Under the pieces are notes generated by a model. The model did no database searches. It saw only the letters and a list, made by a program, of their open reading frames with translations, and was not told the DNA's origin. A DNA stretch of 64,000 nucleotides, from assembly GCF_964204645.1 (NCBI RefSeq), contig NC_134028.1:5270001-5334000 (forward strand). Reading direction: 5' to 3'. Both the position numbers and the translations under genes were made by a program. Positions 1 to 14,367 of this stretch are shown one piece after another. This DNA is from Tubulanus polymorphus (taxonomy: Eukaryota > Animalia > Nemertea). How positions within the stretch are numbered: the first letter of the stretch is position 1; the number at the start of each line of letters is the position of its first letter.

Positions 1-324
1 TTCGGCCGCGAATGAATTTTTAAAAGGCGGCAACTGAGATGATGAATGTTCGTCATAATGATGTCTGATGATGGACGAATTTCAGTAAGACTAAAAGCGC
101 ATAAATGCAAAAAACGCTTTATGAAATTCATCTATGAACTAAGTGTTAGTGATAGTGAATACAGGACGTCCAGACAAAGATAGATACGGGGGGGGGGACC
201 TAAAACATAAACATGTAGGTCCATGTTCACAAAAGGATCCCCTTAGCTACTAAAAAGCTACTAAAGCTACGAGAAAATGATGTAAATTCAACAAATCGTC
301 CGACCATATCTGTTCTTCCATTTC

Positions 325-400
325 CGATTTCAAAATCAAAACCCCCCAGTTTTGCTCTGGGCAGGTGTGGTGGGTTTGTGAGGGATGCCGAATCTAACCA
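325..400 (+). repeat. Dispersed repeat fragment (copies at ~54676-54718 on + and ~63330-63400 on -)
   Basis: gcaggtgtggtgggtttgt.agggac.c..aatc shared among the three sites. Confidence 0.55.
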
Positions 401-555
401 AATCTATCGATCGAATAAATAAGAGGGATAATTCAAGATCAAAGCTCTTGTCTAAAACATATTCCCTTTTTCGTATAAATTGATGAAGATTCAGCTGAAA
501 TGAAATTCAAAATCCATCCCCGATTTCTGCCAGTCCCATCGAAATGATGCGTCAT

Positions 556-558
<3 letters not shown>

Positions 559-633
<75 letters not shown>
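559..633. repeat. (AT)n microsatellite
   Basis: Uninterrupted AT dinucleotide run. Confidence 0.97.
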
Positions 634-638
<5 letters not shown>

Positions 639-3323
639 ATATTTCTCGTAGAGATTTACATTGGCCTGTGCCGCTGATGACAGCCAGCATGTCTTCTTAT
701 TACTGCTGATGAAAGTTTAAACATATCAACAGATAGATGAGTGGATCAACAAGTTTACATCACGCAATATAGCAAAATACACCGCATGAATAATGCCTCT
801 TGTGTACTGTCTGTTTCTACATAATTGATAATGTCACTCGCAAATATCTGCATCATCCCGAGATCTTTCCGTCCTCGTCCTCGTATCGCCGAGCAAACTG
901 GGAATTTCGTCGGTGGGATCCCCGCAGATCCGAGAGGCCGGGATTTCGTATAAGCCAAACCAATACACGATACGCATGTTCGGGATTGAGCAGATATATG
1001 AAGCTATATCCAGCATATACTCTACTGTACCTACTGTAAAAGGACTATTTGAGTTATGTGATAGCTATTTCTCACATCAAAATTTGTCGCGATAGTCATT
1101 CACAGAGTCATCTCAAAAATTTTGAGAATCTTAAATCTAAAATCCCCTAAACCCAGTTGTTTATCTAAATAGGGTACCGACACTGCTACTGTGGCAAGTT
1201 AGGATTTTGTGATGATCAACCAGGTTCACTAGTGGTTACTCGACTAGTGCGCTTCAATTTTTTCTACATTTCAATTAAACATGAATCAACTTTTCTAATA
1301 AGTAAATCAATCTTCAGTAAAATCCATAATTTTCAATGACTTGTTTGATGATATTCAGATTGAGGATCCTAAAAACCAAGTTCCAATTTCATCGAAAATG
1401 AACTAATTTTCACCACCAATAACTAAGTGTATTGTTGCGCCATCTGGTGAGGGCTGGTACCCGATTGGCTTCTGATTTTAACTAATAGATATAATTTCTA
1501 ATCAACAGTTAAACCTTACAAACAACTGTGGCCGGAGTAAGATTTCAATAGATTTTTTTTCTCCCCTTTCCAATCTGCAGTCATGAATTGTTAAAGAATG
1601 CCGGTCCGGGGAGAATCAGGAATGAGAATGAATATTCTATACGAGCAAACAGTTTGATGACTTTTCTGTCGGTGATAATTTCACTATTTATCTTTATTTC
1701 CAGATCTTTTAAGTATTGATTTTCTGTCTTGGCGATATTTACAGTCGTAACAAATTGCCGAGCCGTTCACAAATTTACACAGAAAGTTTACCCAACTAAA
1801 ATCTTGTTGCTCTTACTCTGAGTCACACACAACGACCGACTGACTGCAGTTTCTAAATCACAAAACCATATTGCTTATGCTTAAATGTGATAGAGGAATC
1901 TGTACAGAGACCATTGCTAGAGTCATTGATCATCTGCGGAACTAGTTCTTGTTTGGCCAAATACATCGCAATGAAATCTTATTCCATAGAAGTTTAAAAT
2001 CCCCTACACTCAGTTGTTGGTTACTGATCTTCTTACTGTGGCAAGTGAGCATTCCTCAACGATCCGATCCGCCAATACTTTTACCCATATCCACTTTTAC
2101 CAACAACAATTTTCTGGCTAAACAAACTGAATATTTTGACCCAATGACCCAAGTGCCACAACTAGAAATACACAATTTTCTAAGATTTCATTTGAAACAA
2201 TCAGAAAAGTTATTTCGACCCATATGAGAACATTTGATTAATCTTACGCCGGATATGTCTGGACTATCAGTTATAACGAATAGATTTTCTGGTTCTGTGC
2301 AGATTCATGATCAGAAAGTTCGACTGTTAATTTGTCGTCATACGTCTATGAAATTATCGATAAAGTTTGACGTTTCAACACAAAATCTATCGCTGGAACA
2401 TTCAAGACATCGGACTTTGTATATTGATAAAAGTCTGCAGACGCTCAGCTGCCAATACAATCAAACATATCATTCGATCTTTAGTTCTTCCTCGACCGAA
2501 GTTTGCAGAAGACATGGTCAAAATATCTCCTCATGACAGATCTACGTGCTACAAACAATTCTAAAGTTTAAACCATCTCTTTGAAACTAGATACATTCCG
2601 AGGGACTTTCACGAAGTTTTTACCGGAAAATGCAAAAAAGACTATCATCAAAGACTGCAAAACCGGCTCAGATTTCAATGAATATACCGGACTGGATTCC
2701 GTTACATTTCGAGACAGTCACACGCAGCACGCGCGCTAGATGTCAAGATTTCGTTACAAATGTCTACTAAGATTTATTACAGATATACCGATGCGCTTTC
2801 AAGGTTAAATAGAGAATATCAAATGTCCGCACGAAATTCATTAATCTCGAACGACGCAAGTGGAACAAAATACATGACGAAAATTTCTTACATAGAAATA
2901 TCGAGTTCTCGAAAACAATCGATTCGATATTCTGCGATATTTTCGATAGATGTAATGCCATCTAGGCGTTTTCTAAGTAATTTCACACGGAATCGAAACG
3001 CATCTAAAAACGCCCGGTTCAAACGCTTTCATACATGTCTGCATTTTTCAAAGCCTATACCCGAGCAATTTTCACGAAGCCAAATAATAGTAGAATAGAC
3101 TAAGTTCATAAATCCTCGTGGGGATTGTCGTAGCTTTTCACAGCCATGTTTTCCTGGAAGCGTCTATAGATCAAACGATGATGTCAAATGTTATTTTAGA
3201 AGATAACTATATATGGACATTAGTGATGATAAGCAGATCAAGCATTTACAAGCATTTACACATCACCATCGCAACATATAATCTGCAACATATACGATTT
3301 GGCTCGGGGGGGGGGGGGGGCTC

Positions 3324-3515
3324 TTGGGGGCTAAATTGGCCCATATCAAACCCGTCAAATTTGGCCCATGCCTAATTAGAGAGTGCATTCACACACAAAC
3401 CACTCACTCAGTACTAAGTGAAGTGAGTCACTTCGGGAACCAGTTGCAATTGACACGCAATAATTCAACCCGTGCTAAAATTTGGTTCCAGTCTGGCCCG
3501 GGCCAAAAACGCGGC
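3324..3515 (+). mobile_element. MITE family A (PIF/Harbinger-like termini), partial copy
   Basis: Shared core aaatttggccc.tgcctaattagagag.gcattcac...aagtgagtca.ttc...gttgcaatt. Confidence 0.65.
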
Positions 3516-6184
3516 TGTTATACTTCCCTAGCAAATAACATCATTTAACCAAATACAGCAAATAAGCACAGCTTCATTTTTTGCATTCGACGCAATGCGA
3601 CAACCTTCTTAGCGATGCTGTTGAGATGTCTCGAAATAGACACATAAAAAATACCTATTGAAATCGGAAATTGCCGATATGTCACTGCCCAGATCTTCTG
3701 CAAATATTGAAATATGAAGAAGCAGTACTTATGCCGACGATCGTATCATCGCATAGGATTAGTGTTCATTATATACACAATATTCACAGCGGAACGAGAT
3801 CTATCTCGCATTCCGACGGAGAATTCAATACCGAAACGCTGCTGACGACGACAAGAAAAGAAATCTCCGGGGATTGACGGGATTAGGGATTAAATACGAC
3901 ATACGCAGCGTCCTATCACGCGCTACCAGTTGCCCGGTAGACAATCGACCTCGGTGATCACATGTGTTGATTTTTCCTCTGAGCGCGCGCGCGTGTACGT
4001 CTCAATTTCTTATTCAATACGAATTGATATCGTCGTTCCCCCCTTACACAGTTGGATTATACCCCTCTAACCCGGGATTACCGCTGTTCGTGGTAACAAA
4101 AGCAAAATATCATTACAAATACTGGATTAGCGGGTCTCGTGAGCTCATCTCTTATCGTCGATAATGTAGAATTTTTCCACTGCATATTTTTTTTGGAAAA
4201 ATGAACTTTTATTTGATCTTGCAGCACAGAGTTTCACGTGTTGCTGTGAAAATGGCATCATGAGGCTGCCAGGTTATGAAACCTGTCTCTAACAAACCAG
4301 CTGCTATGCGGGCTATGCCATCAGACTTGAGTCCTTACTGAAAGAGGGGTACTGATACTTCGAGATAAACCCGTTATTCTTTATCCAAAAGGGCACGTTG
4401 ATGCCCAAAACGGCAATATTAGGCCACTTCTGCACTTGGCTAAGAAAACTGCAAAGTTCCAGCTGTTCTGTGGTGACAATTTTTGTCACCTGTATCAGGA
4501 CCTCAAACCGTATAACGCCAGAAGTTCTATGTGGCAGGACCTGATCTTATCACATCCCAAAAGGCACTTCGATGTTCAAAAAGGCAATATTAAGAAATAC
4601 ACCAGTTCTTGTTTGACAAAAAAGGACACCAAGGGTTTGATGAACTTGTACAACTTTCACAAGTTGCACTGGATCCACCCCCATCGACCTTAAGTTGCAT
4701 TTATAAGTTTTTATGTATCAAAAGGAGGCAATCAATCAGGTTTGCCACCGCAGTTTTCTGTTTACAAATTCTAGAACATTGGTTCGTTCGTCAAATGCTA
4801 CGCACGGCATCTTTTGCCCCACCCAATTACCACCGACCCCTTTATCCAATCAAAAAAGTTTGCAGTAGAAAGCTCTGATCATCTGTCGTCAATGAACCAC
4901 CGTGTCGATCATTGGCCTCGCAGGCAGGGAGCATCAACATTTATCTAATTAGGTAATCTAATAACCTTTTTAACCAAAAAACCGGGGCTCGGTTTAAAAA
5001 CGATCAAAACGAATCGTCGTCACAGCCACAAGCGAACGTATCGGAATCGATGAAATATGTCTGTAAAATCGCGTGCGTTTCCTTTGGGCGTGAATGATTC
5101 GTTTGAATCTTGGTTTTATTACGACATATCTTTATCGCTAAACTTACTTTTTAGAACTTGCGAATAAGCGCTTCGAGGTTTCCTTGCGAAAAACATTTCT
5201 AAAGCCAACGATCAAAGACTGAAGAATGGAGACCTTCAAGGTGGTTTCCTGTAATAGGAGTGACAAATAGTGTAGGTCTTTTTAAGGAGTCAAGCTGCAG
5301 ACTTAAGATGAACAAACCTCATTAGTTCCAGTTTTTTGCACTTACTAGGACTTTTTCAATAGCTTTAAAAGGAGCAAAAAATCGTTGCATATCCAGTCGA
5401 CCACTGTCCATGAAAGCCTGGATTACAAAATACAAATCTTTCCCTTTTTCTAAATATACATCGCAAGTCCAAGAAAGTCCCAACGTTCATTATTGATCTA
5501 CGCTCATCAGTCCCATATGCCACGCGTACAAAATAACGTTTTCAGCGCAAAATATAGCGGAGAATGACAGAAATAAAGTATAGTAGATATGGAAATGTTT
5601 AACGAACTGTGAACGCGAGCTATTTACATCATTCACGTAATAAACTGATTATGTTTACATGACTTCACAATCTCATAAACACACCCTTTAATATACAGTG
5701 TCAAAGATTCAACGACGACGACGAGGCTGTTTTAAAGAGTAGTCATCGTTTAGAGGCAGTCTTACGAAAACGGCTGACATCAGCAGATCTTTTCTATTTT
5801 AAGAACCGTTCGTCGTGTCGTTAAATCAGCACATCCCTCTCAGATGGGAGGTAAAAACTTCTGAGACCGGCTAAGTTTTCTTTGGAGGTACAGTGCCCCC
5901 GAGTCATTGGTGCCTTTTAGAGACATCTTTTTTTGCTCTAAATTTTCTGGAACCCTGGATGAAAGCCACGTTCTTCAGTAGCTTCAATTTTCTTTTAGTA
6001 ACCCGAACTACTGTAGATAGGATATTGCATAACATGCAGAATTCACAGGAAAAGGTAAACTAAGGATATATAAACTCTTTAGAAAAAACTTTTTAGTAGT
6101 AAAAGGGGAAGGGTATGAATGTGCATTGAGATGGTAAACCCTTTTTGTATACATAGATCATTCATCATCTAGTTGAATCAAATC

Positions 6185-6475
6185 TAAGTCGTGATCACCG
6201 GGAGATGATCTGGTACGGGCCAAATTGGCACTGATCAGGCATGAGTTAAATTTGGCCCGCGTATTCATATGTGAACCACTCAGTCGATATCAAACAATGC
6301 ATAAACGAAGCGAAGTGAATCATTTCCGCAACCGGTTGCAATTCACATGCAATAATTTGACCCCTGCTAACATTTGGCTCTCGTCTGACGTATTTGGTCG
6401 GGCCAAACAGGCACGGGCCGATTTGATACTCATGCGGACAGTTGTTCCGGACCAAAAAGGCTTGTGCGATTGCAG
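6185..6475 (+). mobile_element. MITE family A copy
   Basis: Shared core; termini taagtcgtgatcac ... gtgcgattgcagc. Confidence 0.7.
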
Positions 6476-7922
6476 CAAGAATGACCAATAGCCTTCATAC
6501 AGCTCAAACATGACCAAGCACATTCGCCTTCAACAGTTGTAAAAACAAGCACAGTCATGAATCGATTTAGTCCCTGCTTGATGCATTTTTTTGCTTGATG
6601 CATTTTTTAAGAATGTAAATATAAGTTATCGTCGGTTGCAGTACAGTAAACCAGTACCACTTAACAGGTTCATCGTTCATCCGACGGACCTAGTCAAAAT
6701 TTCGACGATTAATTACATTTTCTCAGATGTTAATGGTAACGTAACGTGATTTAGTCGCCGTTGAGTCATCGAATTCGCCGAGACGGACGTGTCTTATCGG
6801 TGGACGCACTGATCACCGATAGTTAATTGTACCAGTTAACCGTGTCCCCGGTGACGCCGTTTTTAACCATAAAACGCGCATCAAACGACATAAATGCGGC
6901 TTAACGCCCGGAGAAAATTTCAACCTTTTTCATTTTTCAGCCGATAGCGAGTAAATCCCGACACTACTGGGATCGCGTGACCTCCGCGATGCTAGTGCGT
7001 CGCCCGGATAAAGGAGAATGCCGACAGTCCAAGGTCCAAGTCATCATCCAAAATGACATTCAGACCAAACAACCTTGGTATCACCATTTGAATTAGTTTT
7101 CAGCACAAATGATAATACATAGACATTGAGAATAGAAGTTTGATTGAAAATGAATCAGAAAATTCAAATTGATTAGATAATTTTGGTAGTTAATGAGCTG
7201 TGAAGAATAATAGTAACTACTCTCGCAATGGTCTGGACATTTCAAGTTCATCTGGCAAATCAAACGCCTCAAATGTGACAGGAATATTTCATCGAATCAT
7301 AAAAAAATGAGTGAGAACAGAAATCGTTCAGGTTTATCAGGGAACAAGGTTAAGGCCCTCAGTAACATTTTTCTGTACGTACTTAAGAAATCAGAACTGT
7401 ATAAGGATATAATTCTATTTCTATTAGAATAGCTGCATAACAATTCAAAATTCACCTCTATACCCATACTGAAGTCGCCATTTCGAACAAAGGATTCATA
7501 AATTATCAATTCATACGGATATGAATTTCTTCTAAAGGCAAGATCAGAGAGATTAGCAAATATCATCATCAATTAGGTTAACGAACTTCACCGTAATCAA
7601 GTTTCAACTACTTGAATTCGAATCATGCAACGCGCGAGCAATGTATCGGTTTACTTAACACTTACGCGCTGCTGTACAACTGAACAGTCGGCTTATTGAA
7701 GAATGGAAACAAAGTAGATTCCAACTATAAATCAAAGTTTACTTTAATTACTTCACCGCGTAGCGACTGTAATTGACTAACACGTCATTCTAATCATGCA
7801 GCGCCGCGGAAAAACTATACAACAGCAGCAGCAGCAGCAACAGCAGCGAGCTTCGTAGATCCGGGCTTTTTGAAGTCAATCTTCACAGCCGCCCGAGGCT
7901 TATGACGAACGTAGTCCGAGGA

Positions 7923-8118
7923 TATCATCATCATCATCCTCATCATCATCATCACCATCATCATCAGCATCATCAACATCCTCATCATCATCCTCCTCAT
8001 CCTCATCCTCATCATCCTCATTGTCAGCCTCATCATCATCATCCTCATCCTCATCCTCCTCCTCATCATCATCCTCCTCATCCTCATCCTCATCTTCATC
8101 ATCGTTATCATCTTCATC
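7923..8118. repeat. (CAT/CCT)n compound trinucleotide repeat
   Basis: Directly visible; explains the poly-His and poly-Met ORFs. Confidence 0.93.
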
Positions 8119-8422
8119 AGGCGTAATACATAGAAATGATCATCGTTAAAAAATGCTTAATTCAAGAAAAAATAATGACTTCAGAATTTTAATTACTAGA
8201 GAAAATCGATCAAAATACCGGCCGAGTACACGTGGATAAACGGTGGTAATTTTCTATTCAAATTACTAATTAACATCTAACGAGAGACAACATAGATGAG
8301 CCGGCGGTAATTAACGATGGTAGTTGATCGACAGGATGAAAATCGTCAGTAATTATTTGGTTTATCTGACGTTACAAGTATATACATTTTCTAATTATTC
8401 CATTTCTTTTCGTTTTTCACTG

Positions 8423-8785
8423 TAGGCCATTCACTATCACTAGTTAGACTGTTCCAAATAAGTCCGTGCCTGGAATGTAGCAAATTTGGAACGGACCAAA
8501 TCAGTGTGTGTTCAAACACGCGTTGCTTACGGATAGTTATGACATGCCCAGCAAAGTGTTGAGTGACCAGTTGACGGTACTGTAGAGTACAATTTAAAAC
8601 TGACCTGGAACCAGGTTCGATCCACACTCACAAATTTAGTCCTCTCTGAAATTCCGAAATTTGGAACTACCTGGATCGGTCTTTTAGGTCGGTTCAAATT
8701 GGAACGGACTAAAACGGAATGGACTTTTTGCAAGCGTGAACGTGAAATTTAGACCGCTCTAAGTTAAGTGTGAACGAGCGCCTTA
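8423..8785 (+). mobile_element. MITE family B (cattcacact-type termini)
   Basis: cactatcactagttagac...ggaacggaccaaatc...cctggatcggtcttttaggtcggt, shared with the 21681-21990 copy. Confidence 0.62.
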
Positions 8786-8929
8786 TCAGTGAAAATTCTT
8801 GACATGAGTTTGCGTGCAATGATCGACGATCATCATGAAACCCAAACCTAATAACAGCTTCATTTATCAGTATATTTTTGAATTCAGTGGTAGTCATTAT
8901 TATGCCTCCAGAGATTTATACATTAACAT

Positions 8930-8960
<31 letters not shown>

Positions 8961-10102
8961 CCGGTATATATATATAAATATACCAGTATTTAAATATATC
9001 TTATGGGTTTTGATTTGTTGCATGCATCGTGGAAGCGATGGCTTTGATACACGTCGCACGCGCAACATTTTTAAAACGGCAACATTTTTAAAACGGCAGA
9101 AAATTGGTAATTTAATCCGAAATGCCGTGCATGGATATGAAGCCTGCGGCGACGACGTCAGAAGCCGCAGTCGACGACGTTTTAAAATGGGAATCATCAG
9201 GTTGGAATGACAAAAGAGACAGGCGGAAAGTGATCGAGAAGAATGGGATCGAGTCTCCACCATCCAATTTAAATACAAACATTCGATCTATATTGACCCA
9301 TTAATATTAAACTGTACCTGAAATCTAAGCCGGAATTTCTATTTTTCTAAGTCCTCGCTTAAAAGTCCTTCTAATCATCGCGAACTGGGATATTACGAAA
9401 CTTTATTTCCAAGCAACTCGATGCCGTTTCTTGGAAATGTTATTCAATTTTTACTGGTTAATAATAAGCTTCATTAGTTATTTCACAAACTCAATGAAGC
9501 GGATCTATAATTACTTTGTCTTCAAATAGGAAATAATTCTTTACGGGCGGAAACTTGAAACAAATCATTTTTGCGAAGATACGATCGTGGAATCGCCGAG
9601 AATACGAGCCAGCGATGACTTATCTCATGCGAGACCATTAGCCGCTTATCAGTCTTACCATTCTATTACCTACTACGCACCTTACTACCAAACCCTCGCT
9701 AGGTGGTTTTTTATGGATTGTTATTTTTCCCATTAAAAAATGGCCCTGAAATACGATCTATTCGATCGCGAAAAATCGAAAATTAAATTCCGAAAAAATT
9801 ATCCCAAAAAAAAAAATTTTACGAGAAATTAGTGAAATTAATAAGATATTCTTAACGACTAGATAAATGATGGCTTACTTGTTCGTTTTAAAACCGATCT
9901 CGAAAATCCGCGGTTAACGCCAGCGATAAAGTAATAGTTAACAACGACACAGGTTTATAGAGAGGAGACACAGTAACATACGACGACGGACGCTACAGGT
10001 TATTATTGAGTCTCTCTCAGAACACGGCGTGGTTGGTTGACAGTGGTAGGCTGTGTCAGCGAGCGAGAGAGGAGAGAGAGAGAGAACGCTGCTGGAACGA
10101 TC

Positions 10103-10446
10103 TCATTCTGTTCGGCTCAGCTCTCCGATGCTAGACATACCGGCTCCGGCTGTGTGTGCCGATCTACTCCTCGTCTCCGGCGAACCGGCGTTTCTATATT
10201 TGGATACGTAGCCGGGATTTCGGGAATTCTCCGGTTTTCACGTGAAAAAACGCGTTGATTCACGTGCGCGCGGATCTCGAAAACAATTTACGACGAAATT
10301 CGGCGCCGAATTTTCGAACACTTGTTGATCGTGCACTAGTCGGGACTGTTACAGCCGCGGACGATATTCAGAGATAAATAAATAGAAAAAAAACCGACGA
10401 ACAGCGAATTCGGAAAACAGTGGAATTAACATTAACAAGAAGACAG
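10103..10446 (+). other. Candidate first (non-coding) exon of a plus-strand transcript antisense to the SDR42E1 intron
   Basis: GA-repeat tract upstream (10063-10084), Inr-like TCATTC at 10103, CpG-rich UTR-like body, donor cag|gtatgt at 10447. Confidence 0.45.
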
Positions 10447-12235
10447 GTATGTTTAATTATCGATATTTAATCATTTATCACTAACTCATTAGCAGTTCAG
10501 ACATGACTTACATAGGTCATTAAACTCAAACGGACAACAGGACTATGTATGCAGGCTATGTGTATTTCTTTAAAGGGCAGGGGGTACCTGAATTTCTAAG
10601 TTTCGTTTTGGGATGAAAATAATCGACTTATTAGAAAAACTGATATTATATTTAGATGAAATACTGAAATCGAAGACGATGCTGAAGGCTTCGCGAATTT
10701 AACGGGAAAGAAAATGATTTTATCTATAACGTAGTGTAATGTACTGTATATGATAATAACGTATTGAAAATGAAGCTGACAGCGTGGCACAATGTGACGC
10801 CGCGCAATCGCGATGGATAGAAAAAAAATGCGGCAAAACTTAACGAGCGCGATACAATGTATAAACGAAATGAAACCAGCTCGGCGAGAGAGAGACGCAC
10901 GTGACTGACTGACTGACTGCTGGCTGATATCGGGTATTGGAATCAAAAATACGACTGACTGTACAACAGAAATGCGATATATATGCCGAATAATAAAAAA
11001 ATCAATCTTGGCGAATAGTCGGAAAATTGAAAAATTGAGAACGCGCATCAGACCGTATTACTACTATTACACGAGTATATATATATATATACATACGATA
11101 CATCGGAATTGATCGAAGAAATGGTGACAAATAAACAAAACTTCAAAACTTGATACGCGAAAATAAATAATTGATTAGTTACGAAAATAACCTATAAATA
11201 ATTGATCGATTTTTGCGACTGAAATTTCGAGACGCATTTCTATCGTTCGATGTAACCGTATATCATTACCTCTGAAATGTCGATGCGCGCGTTTCTTTCG
11301 TTTCGAAATTTCATTTCTCGAAACGAGATGAAAACGCGCGTATTTGAAATTTCGACTATTATGATCTCGGGTGACGAAATGAACGTTTACGAACGACGAG
11401 CGTAGCGAATCTGATGAAAGACAAATCTAAAGTATAAAATCGATTTTAACATTAGACGCTAGCAAAAGGTGGCCGGCAGAGTGTTTTTCGTGGAATCAAT
11501 TTAAGAGCAAAAATTATTGATTGGAAATTGTTTGATTTTTCAACTACGTATATATGGCCTACCGTGATGCAAAAATTGATCGGACGATATTGACCTTTTC
11601 TTACGTAAGAAGGTTAAAATGAAAGGAATTAGGCCGATGTTATTTCTGTAGACGCTTTAGTTGACGATCCTTTTCTTAGATACGCAGTCACGTAAGTACG
11701 TAGCAGGAAGGTGCCGCAGAAAGAAGTAAAGATTATGATAGATTGCTCTCGACGCTAATACGAAATGCGTAGCGAACAAAATTCAAAATTCGGAAAAGAA
11801 AAGATTAAAAATGATGAATGGCGGTAAACTGCTAGCCGGGGGAACAATCTTACAACTTGATTTTCGTTTTTGATCAAAGAGCATCATTACGTGAACTAAG
11901 GGGGTTAAGAAGACTTTCATAACATTCTAGAAATATGAAATGATTTTCGAAATGAGCAATGGCAAAACTTGGGACTACCAACAAGATAGGCAGATGAGTC
12001 GTTTCATTGCGTAAGTCTTCACAATTTTTGGGTCCCGATTTGTTTTTCCAATTCAATTTACTAAGTAAAGTCGTCATCTGGATAATCAGTCAACTTAATG
12101 ATCATCCCAACTATGATGTCTCAGAGAAGAGTTTCCCTGTATTAGTTGCGATAATGAAATATCAAGAATATTTCCAATTATAGTGTGCTATCTATATTTT
12201 CATAAGATATTTACAGGAGGTATCACAAATTGTAC

Positions 12236-12328
12236 GTGGTGTACCAGCAGGGAGGTACCTCTTGTGCCTCTCTGGTGGTGTACCAGCAGGGAGGTACCTC
12301 TCACTCCTCTCTGGTGGTGGTGGTACCT
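12236..12328. repeat. ~39-bp tandem repeat, ~2.4 copies
   Basis: gtggtgtaccagcagggaggtacctc...cctctctg repeated. Confidence 0.8.
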
Positions 12329-13063
12329 ATAATCACCTGGCAGTGAGCATTCATTCATAGCATTGACTGTTTGTAGTCTGATGTATAATTAGCGGCTGGT
12401 TTCACGAAGTTGATGACTCTTGCCTCAGATGTCAGAGACAGCGCGGGTTCCATCAATACACACCACCCCGTAACACCTTGTACATCGATATCTCTCCTAG
12501 CGCTCACCATCGCCATCAATTTCCCGATGAAAAAATCTTTACAGAAAAACCCGAATAATTGATATTGATATATTTATACCAGTGAAAGATTTCGCTGATG
12601 ATTACAGTACGATTTCAAAGAGAATTCCCCGGCTTTAGAAACGAGGTTATCGCCGCACGAATACTAGACGTTTCGCGACGAAAAAAAAAAGAGAAAATAT
12701 CCAAAATCATTACGATTATCAATGTCGACTTTCAGTTATTGAGTTTTCATCATTTGTTCTGGTCATTCGAGCGTTTTACTTTAGAAACGACGTCGCCCGG
12801 CCGCGCGAGCTCGCGAAGACGCGATGATGTTTCCGACAGATTTTGTCGATAACATTCGTCGTCGCTTATTGTTAACAGTTTCTTCCGCGGCGTCGGTCGC
12901 CTTGAAATCATCCGACCGGTAAAAAAGAAAAGAGAACGGTCGTTTTTTACAGATGTCGATATCTCGACGTTTAGTTACGTCGCCAGTCAGAAACAGACTT
13001 CCATATTTCCACCAGTCGTTCCTGAAGAACATTTACGTTTGAAGTGAAGTTAACGGTAATAAC

Positions 13064-13566
13064 GCGGACTGTTGCCGGACAGAGTGGGCCTGGAAAGGTC
13101 TCAGACATTTCGGTACTGAAGAACATTGATGTCAAGTTTAAGGAAGATTCAAGGCTGATGCCGTACAATATTGAGAGAAAATTTATCAAGCCAAGTCTGT
13201 ATAGACCAATAGATAGGAAAGAAGATAAGGCGGACTGTTGCCGGACAGAGTGGGCCTTGAAAGGTCTCAGAAAATTCTGTACTGAAGAACATTTATATCA
13301 AGTTTAAGGAAGATTCAAGGCCAATGCCGTACAATATGAGAGAAAATAGAGACATTTATCAAGCCAAGTCTCTAGACCAATAGATAGGAAAATGGACTGT
13401 TGCCGGACAGAGTGGGCCTTGAAGGGTCTCAGAAAATTCTGTACTGAAGAACATTTATATCAAGTTTAAGGAAGAAACAAGGCCGATGCCGGACAATATT
13501 GAGAGAGAAAATAGAGACTTTTGTCAAGATAAAGGCAACTCTGTATCATGGCCAACAGATAGGAAA
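13064..13566. repeat. ~165-bp tandem repeat, 3 copies
   Basis: ggactgttgccggacagagtgggcct at 13066, 13232 and 13394. Confidence 0.9.
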
Positions 13567-14094
13567 GTATCTCCCTCGGATTATTTTGAGAAATCTGGTT
13601 TTGTTCATGGTAAAACTTATAACTTCATCTGGATATGGGATATTGTGGAATTTCCAATACGACTAATATAAAGACCACATATGCTCATGAATGAAAATTC
13701 GCCTGTCTTCAATCGATACGACAGGAAAAAACTTTAAAGAACACCTCAGAAAAGCCACTTTAGTCGAGTTGAGGCTATTGAAAATTTGAATCATCTATCG
13801 ACATTGTTCCGTCCAGGTACGAACAAATAGAGATCGATAAAGTACATGAAATTAAACACAATGCTTGACTTCATTCTATTGTTCAATTTTGTGTTTATTT
13901 TTCAAACTAAAGTAGCAATTGACACCTATATTCTCGTTAAGGTCTTGAAGTTCTATCTTCTTCTCATAGAATGTTTCACCTTTAATCATTCTATTCCAAT
14001 TTATGTCAGACAACGGTCGTAACGTAAGTGCTCACATTAGTGAAGAGTCCCTTGTAAATCGATCTATTCCATTCTATAACGACCCAATGACCAA

Positions 14095-14367
14095 AATACC
14101 AATTTGGCGCTCTTCTAAATTCTAGAATGGATCATTTCTCTGTGTGTGAACAGAAACTTTGCGTTTCAATCAGTGCATCCTTGGAGTAATCATTTGTCAA
14201 ATGATTACTCCAAGGTGCATCTAACTGCCCAGTGAAAGCGCGGCATTACTTCGGTCAATTATAAATTGGTCTGTTGCAGCGTGGACTCTTCTGTTTTAGC
14301 CTCCATGGTCGCACGTACCGGCCAAATAAGAACGGGCTAACTAGTGATAGTGTGAACGCCGATTTAG
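14095..14367 (-). mobile_element. MITE family B copy with nested micro-palindrome
   Basis: Ends in ctaactagtgatagtgtgaacg, the reverse complement of the family B start. Confidence 0.5.
14180..14214. mobile_element. 35-bp palindromic micro-insertion with perfect 7-bp TSD
   Basis: gtgcatc-CTTGGAGTAATCATTTGTCAAATGATTACTCCAAG-gtgcatc. Confidence 0.8.

Noticed and set aside
2451-2472. miR-190-like sequence on the minus strand (TGATATGTTTGATTGTATTGGC)
   Set aside because: The 5' 13 nt match, but the putative star arm pairs poorly and the usual talin host intron is absent
5148-5217. Minus-strand exon-like segment with AG/GTAAGT ends (similar case at ~25943-26015)
   Set aside because: The translations do not resemble the expected SDR42E exon 4, and splice signals alone are weak evidence
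7815-8126. Poly-His, poly-Met/Arg and poly-Asp/Glu reading frames
   Set aside because: CAT/CCT microsatellite; the acidic frame has an upstream stop and no start codon or credible acceptor
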